DNA from: Clostridia bacterium
Lineage (GTDB): Bacteria; Bacillota; Clostridia; Oscillospirales; CAG-272
NCBI GenBank assembly: GCA_017625755.1
Contig: JAGAKG010000036.1
Coordinates: 559-64,558 of the forward strand
Reading direction: 5' to 3'
DNA: 64,000 nt
A program made the translations under genes and the position numbers. Shown one piece after another: positions 62,475 to 64,000 of the stretch; position 1 is the stretch's first letter, and every line of letters begins with the position of its first letter. The notes beneath the pieces are model-generated. The model ran no database searches, had not been told where the DNA came from, and saw nothing but the letters and a program-made list of their open reading frames with translations.

Positions 62475-64000
62475 ATGAAAAGAGCACTATCTTTGACTCT
62501 TTCAATCGTTATGGTATTTTTTATGATTCCATTTTCGGTGCTTCTTACAGGTGCGACCGGCACACAGAATATCGACTCCCCCATAGAGCTTGATGAAACG
62601 AAGTACAATACACTTTATTCGGTCAATTTCCGTGAGATTACGGACGCATCAAAGCTTTCTGATGCAGGCTGGGTGCTTACCCCTGCTGACGGTGTTACAC
62701 CTAACGCTGATACCTTTAAATATGGCACTGACGGCTTGTCTTACGCTACTCAAAAAAATGTAAACTTTACCTGCGGTGCGGTCGCCTTCAACGCGAAGGA
62801 CTGCTATGTGGTAGATTATACCTTCAAAATAGCAGAGTCTCCAAGAGTTGTTTATATGCACTTTAATGCTACCGATACCGATGTTTATACGGGTTCGACA
62901 AGCAATAGTAACCGTTGGATATTCCGTGGAACAGACGGGAAAATGGCATGGGACAGTTCGAAATTCTACGACAGTACATATACAAACTGTTTGAGCTCGA
63001 ACTCTACAGGAAATCTTGCGGAGGTGAGCTCGGCTGCCGCTACTGCGGTGCTTACCGATAGAGTGGATATCAGAATTCGTGTATTCGTTATTCGAGGAGA
63101 ATCAAAGTATGCCGTAATAGATGTTCCGAATGTGGGGCAGTATTATGTATTGGATGTTGCCAACCCCGTTGCGGACGGAAGCTATTTTTCATTTAGCTCG
63201 TGTGACAATTATACCGATGAAAGAAGGCTCCTTTTGAAAGACTTCTCGATCCATACCTATACACCTCCCACGCTTATAGCTCCCACAGAGATAAAGTACG
63301 AGCTTGATAACTCAAAGAGCGGTCACGCGGCAGGAAAGATTACGCTTAAGCTCGCTGAAAACCACAACACTCAAAAGCTCGTCTTATATTGGGGAGATGC
63401 CAACGGCAGGCTTGATGGCTACAACGCTTACATAGGAAGCGTTGCGGTTTCCGAAAAGGGTGCAACAGAGGTGGTTTACAATATGCCCAACGGTCTTATC
63501 ATTCCTCCCGGGGCAACAAAGCTTCTGGTTTATCCTCACGGAAATAACGGAGAGGCGGATGTTTTTGCCTCGACCGATCTCCCGAGCGGCTCGGCTTATG
63601 TAATGCCGACCAAGGCTCCGATAAGTGAATTTTATGTTATAAGCGATACTCACTGGGGCAGAAACGCAACCTGTGAGGCACAGACGATGACGACGCTCGA
63701 ATATATCGCGGAAACCAATCCCGATGCCGACGGCATATTTATCGTTGGAGACATGATTAACGGCGGCGAACTTTTAAACGGCGGTACAACCGAAAAAGCG
63801 CAGTACGCATCTTTTTATGAGGCGTGGCATTCAATAGCAGATCTTCCCGATATCTATCCCGTTGTCGGAAATCACGAGGCTTTCGGTTGGTATAAAAACG
63901 GTAGCTGTGACAATAATGGATATATAGACGCTTTCGTCGATAACCTCTTTGACTATTACGAACACATAGAGCTTGACGAGAATTGGGATAAGCCCTATTA
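62475..64000 (+). CDS. Secreted protein: third copy of the unassigned domain, then a calcineurin-like metallophosphoesterase; 3' end beyond the window
   Basis: My own translation is open to the window end: MKRALSLTLSIVMVFFMIPFSVLLTGA...LYSVNFREITDASKLSDAGW...ISDTHWG...GDMINGG...VGNHE. AAGGAG SD is present. Confidence 0.8.
   Translation, partial: MKRALSLTLSIVMVFFMIPFSVLLTGATGTQNIDSPIELDETKYNTLYSVNFREITDASKLSDAGWVLTPADGVTPNADTFKYGTDGLSYATQKNVNFTCGAVAFNAKDCYVVDYTFKIAESPRVVYMHFNATDTDVYTGSTSNSNRWIFRGTDGKMAWDSSKFYDSTYTNCLSSNSTGNLAEVSSAAATAVLTDRVDIRIRVFVIRGESKYAVIDVPNVGQYYVLDVANPVADGSYFSFSSCDNYTDERRLLLKDFSIHTYTPPTLIAPTEIKYELDNSKSGHAAGKITLKLAENHNTQKLVLYWGDANGRLDGYNAYIGSVAVSEKGATEVVYNMPNGLIIPPGATKLLVYPHGNNGEADVFASTDLPSGSAYVMPTKAPISEFYVISDTHWGRNATCEAQTMTTLEYIAETNPDADGIFIVGDMINGGELLNGGTTEKAQYASFYEAWHSIADLPDIYPVVGNHEAFGWYKNGSCDNNGYIDAFVDNLFDYYEHIELDENWDKPY

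Noticed and set aside
1-64000. I searched for CRISPR arrays, tRNA or rRNA genes, transposases, integrases, phage genes and defence-system hallmarks such as RT, Cas, restriction-modification or toxin-antitoxin pairs.
   Set aside because: None was found. The GC-rich hairpins are irregularly spaced single copies, not repeat-spacer arrays. No TpsiC-like GGTTCGA(A/T)TCC motifs were seen. AddAB is the only nuclease/helicase pair, and it is a canonical repair enzyme.

Overview
This window is a chromosomal, mostly housekeeping segment of a spore-forming Firmicute. It looks Clostridia-like: a yabM/spoVB-like flippase followed by mazG-hup-yabO-yabP-yabQ-divIC, an SLH-anchored surface protein, AGGAGG ribosome-binding sites and many TTGACA/TGnTATAAT promoters. 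I call about 57 protein genes. The core genes are the guaA PP-loop half, glyA, mgsA, thrS behind a T-box leader, addAB, rlmA, murA, ymdB, mrnC, ppiB, lepA-hemW, secG, putP, cdaA-cdaR, recJ-rel-dtd-hemZ, mazG and hup. I saw no rRNA, tRNA, CRISPR array, transposase, integrase or phage genes. Start coordinates in the ORF track were re-derived where an internal ATG with a Shine-Dalgarno fits better. Three coding regions absent from the track were read by hand: the two truncated edge genes (1-575 and 62475-64000), and two sub-60-aa ORFs with strong ribosome-binding sites (32008-32103 and 62225-62374). The accessory content worth a second look is as follows. (1) At the right edge, an AraC-linked locus encodes two secreted paralogs carrying three copies of a ~225-aa domain I cannot assign, plus a 49-aa acidic peptide gene and a metallophosphoesterase module. 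(2) A GC-rich, ORF-poor ~200-nt region lies between secG and the convergent DUF1292 gene and folds by hand into a three-way junction, so it is a candidate ncRNA. (3) A family of GC-rich long-stem hairpins and short dispersed motifs is inserted in at least five intergenic spacers. (4) A YtrA-type GntR/ABC operon has its permease broken by a frameshift at an (AT)4-T tract. (5) An ECF sigma, putative anti-sigma and vWA lipoprotein form one module. (6) Several micro-ORFs and palindromic operator candidates are listed. I cannot show that any of these is a new system. All functional calls rest on motif recognition by eye, not on database searches.
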